A stretch of DNA of 58,916 bases from Hydrurus foetidus (Eukaryota): assembly GCA_900617105.1 (NCBI GenBank), contig UYFQ01000724.1, forward strand, positions 1 through 58,916, given 5' to 3'. Under the pieces are notes generated by a model. That model searched no databases and was not told where the DNA came from. It was given only the letters and a program-made list of their open reading frames with translations. This document shows, one piece after another, positions 1-12,100 of the stretch (positions are counted from its first letter, which is position 1; the number at the start of each line of letters is the position of its first letter). The translations under genes were made by a program, and so were the position numbers.

Positions 1-3
1 AGC

Positions 4-1260
4 ATGTGCCACAACAGGTTTGTTGGACACGGGGGCGTTAAACGCACCGTAGAAAAACTTCTAAGCTTACCCATTGAGTGGGAACACATGGTTCAGCACA
101 CCCACTTGTTTATACAACAATGTGCATGCTGCCAGAAGATGAACGCTACACGCGTACCGATACGTGTACACAAGTACGTTACTTCTGCATACAAACCTTT
201 CCATGTATTAAACATCGATTTCATCGGACCCTTCCCCGATGCCTCACACGTTCTTGTCATCATCTGTGCTTTCACACGATGGACAGAACTCTTTTGGTGT
301 GCGGATAATACGGCCAAATCGGCTACCGATTGCCTTCTCCAACACTTTGGAAGATACGGTGCACCCCAAATGATCAGATCTGATCGGGGTTCACATTTTG
401 CTAACGAATTGATCAAACAATTCCTAGTGTCAACGGGTACACCCCACAACCTGACACTAGCATACTCTAAACAAGAGAATGCCATAGTTGAACGAGTTAA
501 TAAAGAAATTAACCGGTACTTACGTTCGTTCCTGTATGATACAAACGACGTGTACCAGTATAAAAACTGCCTACCGTTTATACAGCGCATTTTGAATTCT
601 TCAATTCACAGCAGTACTAATACCTCCCCAGCGAGTTTATTGTTTGGTAACCAAATCAACCTTGATTCGGGCATACTTTCACCATTCCCACAATTACCGG
701 AAGTGGAAACTTCCGCATCGAAAGTGGTCTGTGAGATGTATCACATCCAGGATACCCTGATTGCCCAAGCACAAACTGCTTTGCGCACAATGGACGCGGC
801 TCATATTGCCACAAGTCCACAGGATATCACGGTTTTTCCCGTCGGTTCATATGTGTTGGCTAGATACACCACACAACCGCCCACACGGTTACACACGTTG
901 TGGCGGGGACCGTTTCAAGTGATATCGATTCACAACTCTGATTATACGTTGTTAGATATAACTACGAAGAAACATAAACATCTTCATATTAGTAATCTTA
1001 AACAATTTGTTTTTAATCCGAAACATACGGATCCTGCTGATGTAGCACGACGCGATTATATGGAATTCTTTATCGATTCCATTCTTCAGCACCAAGGCAA
1101 TTCCAGACGCAAAACCCAAATGCGGTTTTTAGTCAAATGGACTGACTTTGATGACTCACACAATACGTGGGAGTCGAGGAAGAATCTTCGTCTTACAGAC
1201 GCTCTTCACACATATTTACGCCTTCACGGCATGTCGAAAATAATTCCGACAGAAAAGTAA
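4..1260 (+). CDS. Ty3/Gypsy pol 3' part: integrase (HHCC zinc finger, rve core) plus C-terminal chromodomain; starts before the window
   Basis: H..GH...CACC zinc finger; NIDFIGP, RSDRGSHF and NAIVERVNK (D-D-E); GPF motif (WRGPFQV); chromodomain FLVKWTDFDDSHNTWE. Confidence 0.95.
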   Translation: MCHNRFVGHGGVKRTVEKLLSLPIEWEHMVQHTHLFIQQCACCQKMNATRVPIRVHKYVTSAYKPFHVLNIDFIGPFPDASHVLVIICAFTRWTELFWCADNTAKSATDCLLQHFGRYGAPQMIRSDRGSHFANELIKQFLVSTGTPHNLTLAYSKQENAIVERVNKEINRYLRSFLYDTNDVYQYKNCLPFIQRILNSSIHSSTNTSPASLLFGNQINLDSGILSPFPQLPEVETSASKVVCEMYHIQDTLIAQAQTALRTMDAAHIATSPQDITVFPVGSYVLARYTTQPPTRLHTLWRGPFQVISIHNSDYTLLDITTKKHKHLHISNLKQFVFNPKHTDPADVARRDYMEFFIDSILQHQGNSRRKTQMRFLVKWTDFDDSHNTWESRKNLRLTDALHTYLRLHGMSKIIPTEK

Positions 1261-1648
1261 GTTCCCAAGGAACGACCTACACATTATCTTTTGAAGATTC
1301 CTCCTCATTTTTACAACGTTACGTTGCTTTTCAGGAGGTTTAGTCAGTAAAAATCTGACATAAATGTGTAGGGGAACACTTAGTTACAACACATCTAGGC
1401 ACTCTCGTTTCTCACTTCCCACATCTCTCACATGTACAAATATCTGTATGTATCATACGTATTTATTTCTCGATTTTTATTTTTTTATTTTTATTTTTTT
1501 TGTATTCTTTTTCATTACCTTTTTCAGCATTTTTCTTTCTCACGATTGAGTCATATTTGTTTTGTTACACACTGTAGCTAGAGACTCACCAAAAGAGAGA
1601 GAGGGAGAGGGAGAGAGAAATGAGAAAACGAGAGATAAGTAGGGGTAG

Positions 1649-1856
1649 TGTGGCTCCCTCAGGGTCTGCTACCCCATTCAGCCGATTAGATGCTGTTTCC
1701 ACCTTAGTACCTTCGTGTTCACAGCCACGACTATCAGTCACTAGCTAGTTTGTGCTGCTTTGCAGAAGTTACTAGCGTACCTTCTGTTTGCATCCCTAAC
1801 TAATTAGCTCCTTTTAGCCTTTAGATTTCCCTTCTCTTTCGCCCTCCAAGGTCACA
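1649..1856 (+). mobile_element. 3' LTR (208 bp) of the left Gypsy chromovirus
   Basis: Starts TGTGGC immediately after a purine tract (agagataagtaggggtag, about 1631-1648), ends GTCACA; hAT coding sequence begins directly after it. Confidence 0.8.
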
Positions 1857-2393
1857 GCCGTTGCCGATGACGAAATCTACATTACTGTTTCCCTCGAACT
1901 TGATTGTTACAAAGCCATGAAAGGCTTGCCAATCATGCACACTGGCGACATTGTCGCAAATCCCCTCGCGTGGTGGCAAATGCACGAAAAAAAATTCCCC
2001 GCATTGAGCATTTTAGCTCGTAGAACCCTCTGCATACCTGCCACTTCTGCACCTTCCGAGCGCGTTTCCTCTGTTGCCGGACTAACAATATCTAAATATC
2101 GCACCTCTATTCAGCCACAGCATGCTTCCGATCTGATATTCCTGCACGATAGTTGGCCGCTGGCTGAGGAATGCGAGAGAGAAATTTAACCGTATAGTAC
2201 CGAAAATTTTACCGTAAATTAAAAAAAGTGTCCGTCTGTCCGACTTCCAAACGTTATCTGTCCGACTTCCGTCCGACTTTTGTCCGACTTCCATCCGACT
2301 CCGATTATCTCAATTTGTCCGAGAATGTCGGACTGTCCGTCCGACATTCCAGTGGATGTCCGACTTCACTTTTGGAGTCGGACACCAGCCCTA
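1857..2393 (+). mobile_element. 3' end of a hAT DNA transposon: transposase C-terminal dimerisation domain (to 2189), subterminal repeats and 3' TIR
   Basis: NPLAWWQ...FPALSILARRTLCIPATSAPSERVSS is the hATC signature; clustered TCCGAC/GTCGGA motifs at 2229-2385; ends ACCAGCCCTA (reverse complement TAGGGCTGGT, a hAT-like terminus). Confidence 0.88.
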
Positions 2394-2712
2394 ATAGTTA
2401 TAGTATATAGTATATGTATGGATCCTGACGGTCAGCGGTATGCGTCCTGGGGATGCGGGCCGTGGACCGTTAGTTGTTTGGGCTCGTGGAGCCGTCCATT
2501 CATCTATCTTCAACATGGATAGAACATGTGCAATTGCCTTGATATGTAAAGCTTCGTTGCCGTCTTGATTGATGCCGGTGCACAAGTTTAATTATCAAGT
2601 AATTACACAATACAAGTCTATTTTACGAGCCTTGGGTCAATGGTCGCAAGAGTCACTAAGCATCCGGAAGTCGAGGATTCCCAACACAATTAAACTAGAT
2701 CAGCGCATCGAG

Positions 2713-3645
2713 ATGCCGCCGAAGAAACCAGAAGAACCAAAATCAGGTGCAAAGCAGTGCATGCTGAGAATCGGACGTTACAACAACGTGGTACAATGGA
2801 GGGAAGACATGCAGAACGAGGCATGCGGCCTGTACGGGATGACCGGCACGTTCTTCACCACCAACAAAAGTTACGTCCACCCGTATCCTCGCGAGGAGGA
2901 TTACAATCCCACCTTTCAAACAGTGGAAGCCGATATTCCGACGGCGGGTACCGAAAATGAAGACGAGGAAGGCGAGTCCGTAGACCTCAAAAATGTCATG
3001 ATCGGGCCACAGCTCCCACCAGCGCCTCCTGCCGTGTACTCCGAGGCACTCATCGACAAGCTGCGAGCCAATGCGTTCGAAGGACGCCGCAAGGCAGTCG
3101 AAACGCAAAAAGTCGATGAGCAAAAGCTCTTTCCACTAATGTGGTCGAGAATGTCGACCGGGTCCAAATCCAAGGTGCGCGAGGAGCCAGGATTCGAAGC
3201 GGCTCGCCTCAGACTGGACAGTGTAAAACTGTGGGAGTACATTCGAAGGAGTCACCTAACTCACATCTACGGTGAAGACGATTCGATGCGAGCGATGAAT
3301 GTGTACGAGCAGACCATTAGGTACAACTACCTCAGATAGGGTGAGCGTGAGGTAATCGGTGACTTCAAGACACGCTTCGATAACCAGGTATTGGCCAACA
3401 GAGGTGTTGGTATGACCGAAGTTGAAGAACCGATTAGGGCAATCGACTTCCTCAGTAAGTTAGATCCGAAAAGGTATACTGGTATGTTGACCCTAATGCG
3501 TAACAGCGCCGAACAAAACCTACCGAATAGTTCCCCTTCTACCTTAGCCGGAGCCTACAGGGTAGCGTCATCCTGGACCAGCTCGGGCGGAGGAGTCCCC
3601 CTCGGCGCCGAGCAACATTCCGCATTCCTGACGGATTCTTTGATA
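2713..3645 (+). pseudogene. Gag-like ORF remnant of an LTR retrotransposon (probably Copia type), with internal TAG and 3' truncation
   Basis: ORF 2569-3339 and ORF 3391-3681 share a frame across one TAG (3337-3339); YLR*GEREVIGDFKTRF resembles the gag 'xQG..E.v.df..RF' motif; same layout as the remnant at 55.3 kb. Confidence 0.65.
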
Positions 3646-6176
3646 GGTACAAAGGATGAGGTGATTGAGACATATTTCTGATTGCGGTAGTATCTCATCC
3701 CATAAATTATGAGGAAAGTCGGGGTTTGCTGTGCACAGTGTGGAGATGAGATGGTTTTTGAGAGTGCGTATTGCACGTTCTGCTTTGAGCGAACGGTGAG
3801 TGTGAGGTGGGCAATACTGTATGGAAATATCGTTAGCAAGCGCAAAAGCTTCTAAAGGCGCTGAGGTTTCGTTGTCTAAACGTTGGAATGCAGGACGCCT
3901 GCTAGAGCGCGCAAAGAAGTTGAGTGTGCGTTTGTAGGCAGCAATGTACTCAGAATGGTGTCGGGTTTTCATGGTTTCGACATGAATGTAACCATCGAGG
4001 ACGGAGACAAACAAGTATTGTACGCCATTTCGCGAAGTGACGGGGAATCGGCCCGTGAGGTCCGAGTGCAACGTTTGAGATGCGAGAATGACCTGGGTGT
4101 AGGCGTGAGGTGGGGAGGCTACAGCATCGTTGGGCGAGTCCGGGCCGTTGTTGTCGAGGGGGTCATCAATATCGAACGTGTGCAGTGAAGTCTTGGTGGA
4201 ATGTTGACCTTGTCGATGGAGATCGAGATATCCTTGTGCTGTTGCCATCGTATGAGGTTCGTGAGTAGCTAAGATTGCTAGTGTGTGTCGGGGATATGAA
4301 TGCAGATATCCACGGCGGACAGCGGCGCTGAGAGTTAGGAGTGCCGGACTGCGCAGCGCAGCATGCGTGAATTTAACAAACGCGGCATCGGTTGATGATG
4401 CGGTAACAGCATTGGTGACGGATACGACATGTTGAAAAGGTTGTTTGGGGAGTCATATAGACCATAGATGAGTAGTGGAAGGCTTGGCGGTGGAGAGCAC
4501 TGTGAGGTGGTTGTACAGTATGGTAACCTCAGTTGATGTGAACATGGCTGTGCAACCCATCTGATATAGCTGCGGAATGGACAGAAGAGAAGTGTTAAGC
4601 GTCGTGTCAGAGAATATGTGAGCCAACAGGCTGTGCTGTAGATTTGGGAGTTGAAGAAGGCAGGTGCCAATGGAGTGCATGGTGTGTCCGTTGGGAAGCA
4701 AAACATTCAATGGATCGGCTGCGTGATTTATGTATGGAGCATCGGATGCTCGAATTAAAGTGTGCGTGGATCCGGTTTCGGCACAGAAAGAGAACGGAAC
4801 GGATGTTGGCGATGGTTGAGTTAAGTTACATTGGGCAGCAGCAGGACAATCTACCGAACTATCCGTTCCTACTTGTCAGAGTCGGGTAGTGGACGTGCCA
4901 GCCAATGCTGTATGTGTAACCGCTGCACGTTGATCAGCTGAGAAGTCGTGGGCAAGCATGTGCCGGCAATCTGCCATCATAGCCGTGATGGAAGCAATAT
5001 GGTCTTGTTGGGGAAGAGCGGACAGCGGCGCGTTTTGAATTTTTGCGGGAGGGGGGTGAGCCGCTTTAACTGCTGCGGTAAGAATTGCCGTGAACGCTGG
5101 TGACAACAGTAACGTTAGTTATGGATTCGATGTTGATTGATCCACCGGTGTACTGTTGGCTGCGTAACCCATAGAAGCAACTGTAGGCGCGAAGTTGGGG
5201 CTTGCTCGGCAACATGGTTTGTGAGTGCGAGGAACGTCTGCTCGACGATCAAAGGATGAGCGACGAGAAACGAGTCGATAGCGTGTTGTATATGGGGCTG
5301 CGTCTGGACAGCTTCACGAAAAAAGTGACACTTATCTAATTCGGATACAGGTTGGTGAGCCGCCGCGAACTGCTCGTGAAGTTCCTGATGCGTTCCGATA
5401 AAATCTTGAATGGATTCGTTGGGTGTCATCGGAAGTGACAGTTGAAGACGAAGGTGCGTGAAATCGCTACGATTAAGTGTCCCGTGGAGCTCGGTGAGAT
5501 GTGTCATTATTGCGAGCGCAGGCACATTGAGAAGGCCAAAAAATGGATCGTGGAGAAGAACAATATCAGCGGGCTGAACACTGGCAATAAGTTGCGCTTT
5601 CAGTGCTTGTAAGTTGTCGGTGACTGAGACGTTGCCGCAATTCGCCTTTCCCAGACTTTGATGGTTAGAGCTGTGGCATTTGCCGCCGGTGTGGGGGAGG
5701 ATAGTGATAGTGGGGCGGGGCACAATTTGATTTGGTAGATTGGGATCGTCGTTGAGAACGACATTGCCTAGAAGTTGTTCCCTCTGAATGTCGTTGACAA
5801 TGAATCCGAGTAGGCCATGCTGATAAACTGTGGTACATGCCGCACCGTAGGCGGCATATATAGAACAACCGAAAATACTGACGAGGCTGATTCAGGAGAA
5901 TAACTGGAAACGAAGCCATGACGACAGAAATTTAAATCCAACTGTTGATCTCGCAGATTGAACTGCATGCCAAATGTGAAACGAATGAACTTGTTTCACG
6001 AGTGTTGGATTAAATTATGCGAGATAGCCGTCAATGTGCATGACTAACTGTTGATGCAATTGAGAGTGTTTGAAAATGATAGTTGCGTACAATGGGAATT
6101 GTATGAACGACATGCATGGTATGTGCACTGCGTACGGTGTGTGTTAGTTACATGTGTTGTACGTGCGCTATCAACA
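3641..6176 (-). mobile_element. Degenerate Ty1/Copia-like retrotransposon (gag, protease, integrase core), truncated before RT
   Basis: Integrase core LHSDLTGRFP...RLDNE...AERAIRTLKNH (ORF 3568-4248); protease-like CAETGSTHTLI at about 4757-4786 with the catalytic D replaced by E; gag-like 5115-5919; several frameshifts; order PR then IN as in Copia. Confidence 0.85.
5943..6176 (-). mobile_element. Candidate 5' LTR of the Copia remnant; inner boundary uncertain (5943, 6003 or 6049)
   Basis: TGTTGAT at 5943 and 6049 and TGTTG at 6003 pair as inverted termini with ATCAACA ending 6176; the gag-like ATG is at 5919 on the - strand. Confidence 0.45.
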
Positions 6177-6180
6177 CATC

Positions 6181-9100
6181 CGTGTGGGGTGTGGGTGTTG
6201 CAGTGATCCGATCCCAGATCCCCGCCGTCTTCCGTCTCCCTCTGAGGTCTGAAGAAGTGCACTGAAGAGAGATACCCACAGAGGACAGAGGAATCATGAT
6301 CACAATCCTAATCAGCCAGCCACCTCAAGGAATCAGAAGTAATGGACGTGCCTTGAAGTCTAGCTAAAATTAGCAATTGCTCAGTCGTTCAGTAGAAATG
6401 TCGTTGACTGTGTTGAATTCCACAGCTTTTTTCGTGAAGTATGCAGGGCCCGACACCAGAGATCGCAGCTCAGCTATGGCTGTGATCATTTATGTCGATA
6501 ACAATGTAAGTTTATTGCTGTGAATCTCCTTCGATTACAGATCTCTTTCTCAGTCACATCGACTACATCACGATCACGCAGCTAACTCTGTTTCTTTTAT
6601 TACATCAACTCTCAACAACCTATTATCGAAAGGATATTGACACGATGACGTTCAGGAGCTTAGATCGCCTTGCTCGCAGCAAGAGATATGCTAGTAGTGA
6701 CATGGAGTTGCACACTTGTGCAATCATCAGTGTGAAGCTGGAGAAGTTGGACGAAAAAAACTGCAATTTGATCACTGTCACTGCAGGCTCCATGTTATCA
6801 GTAGCTCTAGACGAGGACATGATTCCGATCAAGCCGATCATATGGTTTGAACTTAGCCTACCTGCTTCAAATGACACGAAAATCTCTGTCCAGCGTCCTG
6901 TTCTATCGAAAAGGAAACTGACCACTGACGAAACTCCAGCGACATCGAAAAGGAGTGCGACATCTAGTGCTGTGAATGAGAACAGCCACACAAATATGAG
7001 TGCTCTGAAGATTTTAAGTGGCATCGCAGTACCTGGAAAAGAGGGCTCTATTGTTCCTAGCGCTGACCTTCCTTCCCGTCCCTCTTCTGTTCGAGGCCAA
7101 TCAGTCAGCTTCCATCCAGAAGTCATCACACAAAATGGTAAATCAATGCCATACATAATTCTAGTGTATCAAGATAATCGTTGTGTTTTTGTCCTGCACA
7201 TTATCTCGTAGTTGCAGTGCACGATAAGTTACACATTGTTTGTCTGTCTTGTATTGCAATATTCAATGCTATTTCTCGAAATGAAAGAATTCTGCTTTGT
7301 TAGGGACAGTCAATCATCTTTATTCGTTTTTTACAGCGTCTCATGTCTTCCATATTTTCCTCTAAATCACTTTCAGAACAACATATCATCGTGTATCACC
7401 GTAATGTAATATTACCATGTATTATCATCATCATTTGAAGCACATATCGTCACATAATACTTGACACCTAAATCTTTCCTTCCTTTCTCTCTTGTTACTT
7501 CACACTGGCAGCCCCACTGTCAAATCCTACATTTGCTGTGCGGAAACAAGATCAGAATCTAGTAAATGTTCTTGAAACAATTGGAATAAACCCTGGTCTA
7601 ATTTCGAGAAATTTTACCACAGCGTGTAATCCGATCCCCACAAATCTCCCATCAGCTCCAAAAATACTAAAAAATGCTGGTAATTACGAATTGAAAAAAG
7701 ATCGAGTACGCAAAAATGTTATCATGGATAATGAAGAAAAAGACGTGGGGCACGAAGAAAAGGAAAAGAAAAAAGAAAAAGAAACAAAAAATGAAGACGA
7801 AAATAACAATGAGAACGAGGAGATGTACGTTACAACTAACTACTGGGGAATCGATGACACTGTCGGCAACGAAATCGACACGCACATCAACAATGATAAA
7901 AAGGAGGGAGGGAAGCACAGTACTCACATTCGAAGTGAGGTTGACATGGATGACATTTATAATGATTATTCTGATAACGATTACGAAATAGATACAACTG
8001 ACACCACAACTCGTGATGATATCACAACAAGTACACCAAACGTTTCTGATATTGCATCCAGTCAAGTTGGTGGTAACGCTGCTGTAAGCTTATCAGTCGA
8101 CAAAATGGAAGAGGTGAAAGAGATCGTAATGGGAGTAAACGTACAGAAAGATTCAGATTCAACTCCTGACAATTCAAATCTAAAAAACCAAACCGAAGCA
8201 CTTGACAACGATGATAATGTGGAAATGAGGGATAACGAGGTAGTGGTAGAGGAGGTGGAAGAAATCAATGATGGCGAATCTCCAGTTGAAGTTGAAGCTG
8301 GAGTAGCAACAACAAAAGGAAGAAAATCAACACACGAGAGTGGAAGAAAAAGAGCGAAAAAAAATGAAAGTAATACGGTTGTTCTGAGTGAGAAGGAAAT
8401 CGAGAATCAGCTACTATTCCTGACGAATCGCGTACCAAAATCTGTTCCGGTTTTGTGGGGTGTTCGAACTCCTGACCTTGTGATTGAACGAAAAAAAATA
8501 AATCAGCAGTCTAAAAAAAACAGAAGGAAGAATTTCAAGAATAATTCTACCGATGATAATGATGAAACAGAGAAACCAAGTGATCTTAAAAAGCACGTTA
8601 TTGTGGTGTCTGAACCAGCATCTAATGAGCATACGTCAGACTTCCTTTCTGATACTCCTGTTGAACGTCATTATTTTAAAGAAAAAGATAACAGTGAAAA
8701 CGAAATTGATGTCAAAGTAAGGACATCAGAAATAATTGAGAAACGAATCGGAAGGGAATTTCAAGCAGACGTTATAAAGGGCATACCGGGACATTCCGAC
8801 TACATCGACGGCTACATTTCAGAACTGTCAGATGAGGTGAGTGCGTGGCTCCTTTGCTTTGAGATGCATGTGCGGTATTGCATTCACTACGATTCCGGTG
8901 TAAGGTGAATCCTTTCGGAAAATCAGATAATTTAGAATTGAATTTGATGTGGCGCAACTCGATTCCCCACACCTTGCTAAATGAAATCATCAAAAACACA
9001 AAAATGGTATGTTATAGTGTGGTGTGGGAAGTGTTCCTAATTATCTGACTGTCCGAAAGGGTTTGTAGTATGCTCGAGTCTTTACACGTGGTCCAAAATC

Positions 9101-12100
9101 GATTGAGAGATTTACAGGACAGTGATGAAGCGCTCAACGAATACATGGCACCGCTGAGAATCACGGAATTGTGCTAGTATTCGTTTTTTACACGATTCCT
9201 GGTGTAATTTCGAGAATATCAGTGGTCTTGTGTATGAATTAAGAGTGCTTCACACTATTTTTGGTCACTCGAATTGTACTGCTACTGCAGTAAGATGTGT
9301 AGGTGTAGATATTTGATTTTCATTTGTAGAAATGGCAGTTTCTATTTAGAAAAGAATATACTTGGGAAGGGGCTATAACTGTCGTGGCGTATGATGACCA
9401 TTATCCTTGTTACTGTATGACAAGTACGGAAACATCGGAGAAACAAGAAACCGTGTCAGTTGTTGTTAGTTCATAACATAGTACAATTTCTTGATGCTCA
9501 GATGTGTCCTCACTTGTCATGCATGGGATAATTCACAGCCATTTTTACAACTCTGTAGAAGGTTGATGATTATCTATCGCATGAATCAGAAATTATGTAA
9601 TGTGTTGTGTTGTATCATATGTTATACTTGTGTATTAAGAATATATGTGTGTATTATATATTTTAGTCGTGTAAGTACATCATGATGAAAATGTATCCAT
9701 GATGTATATGTTGTCATGTACGCCTGAAGAGAGATATGATTGATGATATGAGATGATGATATATGAGTATGATATGAGGATGAAATGAGATGAGATAGTA
9801 TGAGTTTGATAAGAGCGATACAGTAATTGCGATTTATCGATTAGGGTTAAAGTAAATGCTTAGTATGGAGTTGAATGAAGAACCTAAAATACAACAAATT
9901 TTACATGTATGAACACTTTAATCTTAACAAATAATTATACAGTCAACGATGCATCATCAAAATTTGCATTCCTCATTATTTTACATTATATATTACAACA
10001 TATTTAAATTTGAATTTAATTAACTCATCATTAAATAACTTTAAATTAACTACTTACTTTTTTATCACATTTATTTTAGTACATTCAGAATGTAACTTAT
10101 TTTTTAACTTTTTAGACTAATGTACTCAATTACAAAATCGCATCAACTTGAAAATGTGAGATTATTATTGACTTCAAATTAAATCCTGTTTTTGACTTGA
10201 AGGGTGATGCGAACGATCCTGCTGACGATCCGATGCACACCCACATGTGGTGCAATGACAAACTAAATAAATCGCTTGTTGAGTCATTTTGGAATAATTT
10301 CAAAGCAGAGCAATTGGCATCCGTCGTGGAAGGAGACATTGTTTGGGACTATTCTCAGATAATTGATATGAAAATACCGAGTCTGCCAGATGTGAAGAAA
10401 AGAGGGGGTGGAGTTGTTGCGCGTTACACAGATTTTGATTACAATGAAAACGATGACGATTTCGAAAGTATGACGAATAGAGGACCAAAAAGTGGGACTG
10501 TCAAACCAAAACTCGTCTGCGTCACTAAGAACTTCCGCACTTTCAACAAATTAGATGGTGATCTAGCGGAATTGATGGTGTTCGATGGGACTGAGGTACG
10601 TAATTGTTTTCGCTTTTGTGTTTCTACTTGTAGATCAGCTTTTTTTGTTTAATTATTATGTTACAGTGTGAGGAGAATTCACTGAATACGGCAACAAATA
10701 GATGTGATATCATCTGATGACTGTCACGTGGTGCTACTTACTGTAGTAGAGTGAATATTGTGTAATATTTCTACAAGTGAAATGCACATTGTCGCAGTCA
10801 CGACATGACGCGAAATCAACTTCCGCACTTTAAAACAATCCATTTTAGCCCTAAAGCAAATACGCCACATTTACATTATATCTGACATTACTCATTTGTG
10901 TTCGTTACGCGGTACAAATATTTATGATAACATCGTGTTATTATACCGCACGTCCGTCTCATAACTTTTCGCACAAATGCAAAGAATAAATTAGACATGT
11001 GAACACTTTGTAGACGCAATCACATATTCATTTTTATTACTATCTTTTATTTATTTATTTATTTATTTATTTACTTATCATTTTATTTTTATTTTTATGT
11101 ATTTTTTCATCTCAGGAATATTCGGTTATTTCTTATCAGTGCGAACCAATTGACGGACTCAGCTACCATTTCTTGCCTGAAGAAAGAGCGCTACAATTAT
11201 TTTCAAGATACAAAGGAGACCTAGCAAAGGTCAGTAAAAACGAAAACAATATTATGTATTATAATTATTCGTAGTGAGTAGTCTCCGGTAGTTTACTTTA
11301 TCATCCGGCCAAATTTAGCCGATTATTCTATTCCGGTATAGTTATGCAATGAGTCATTATATACTGCGTGATTCCATCTGTCTCGAATTCGTTTCAGACA
11401 TTGGATTACGTATTTCTCTGTTGACTTAAGTTGTAGTTCTTGGATCTTTTTACACGATTTTGTTTTATCTTATTACCGTCAAAAGTGATACACCTACTGT
11501 AATGTATAAATAGAATTTGTTTGATGTGACATCCTGCCAGCTTTTTTTCACATTTATTCACACTATTTTTATTTCAAATTTGATTTTTCTTGAATAATAA
11601 ATATCATACAATAGTCTAATCCCTTGATGTGTTCACTGATTATTTTGTAAGCTGTTCCTTCCTTTCTCTAGTCTTTGCAGAGATAAAACACTGTGAATAA
11701 AAATACTCATTGATACAAGATGCTTTTTTGATGTCACATCCGGTACACAAATGATAAATCACTAATGTTGATATCATTTACTTCTATATCACCATTTTAG
11801 ACGCTACAAAGATGTCGCTTCGAGATAGAAGAGTCGCGTAAGATGTGCTGGGGCAATCACCAGTACTACTGTAAGAAAAGAAGATTGCACTTGACTAGAC
11901 CTCGCCATTACCGCCGTGACAACAAGCCCCTTCGTAAAGCCGACTACGGAGAGTACAGCGAAACGGAAGAGGAAGAAGACAGAGTAAAGCAGGAAGAGTA
12001 CGACAGAAAATACGACGAGAAAATCGCGGAAAAAAAGAGAAAAAAGAAGGAAGCGAAGGAATTGCAGGGAAGACTTGCTGATATTCCTGAGCAAGGTAAT

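Noticed and set aside
2394..2712. 5' LTR and PBS for the + gag remnant (likewise 54900-55275)
   Set aside because: Several TG/CA candidates but no second copy or clear PBS to fix boundaries
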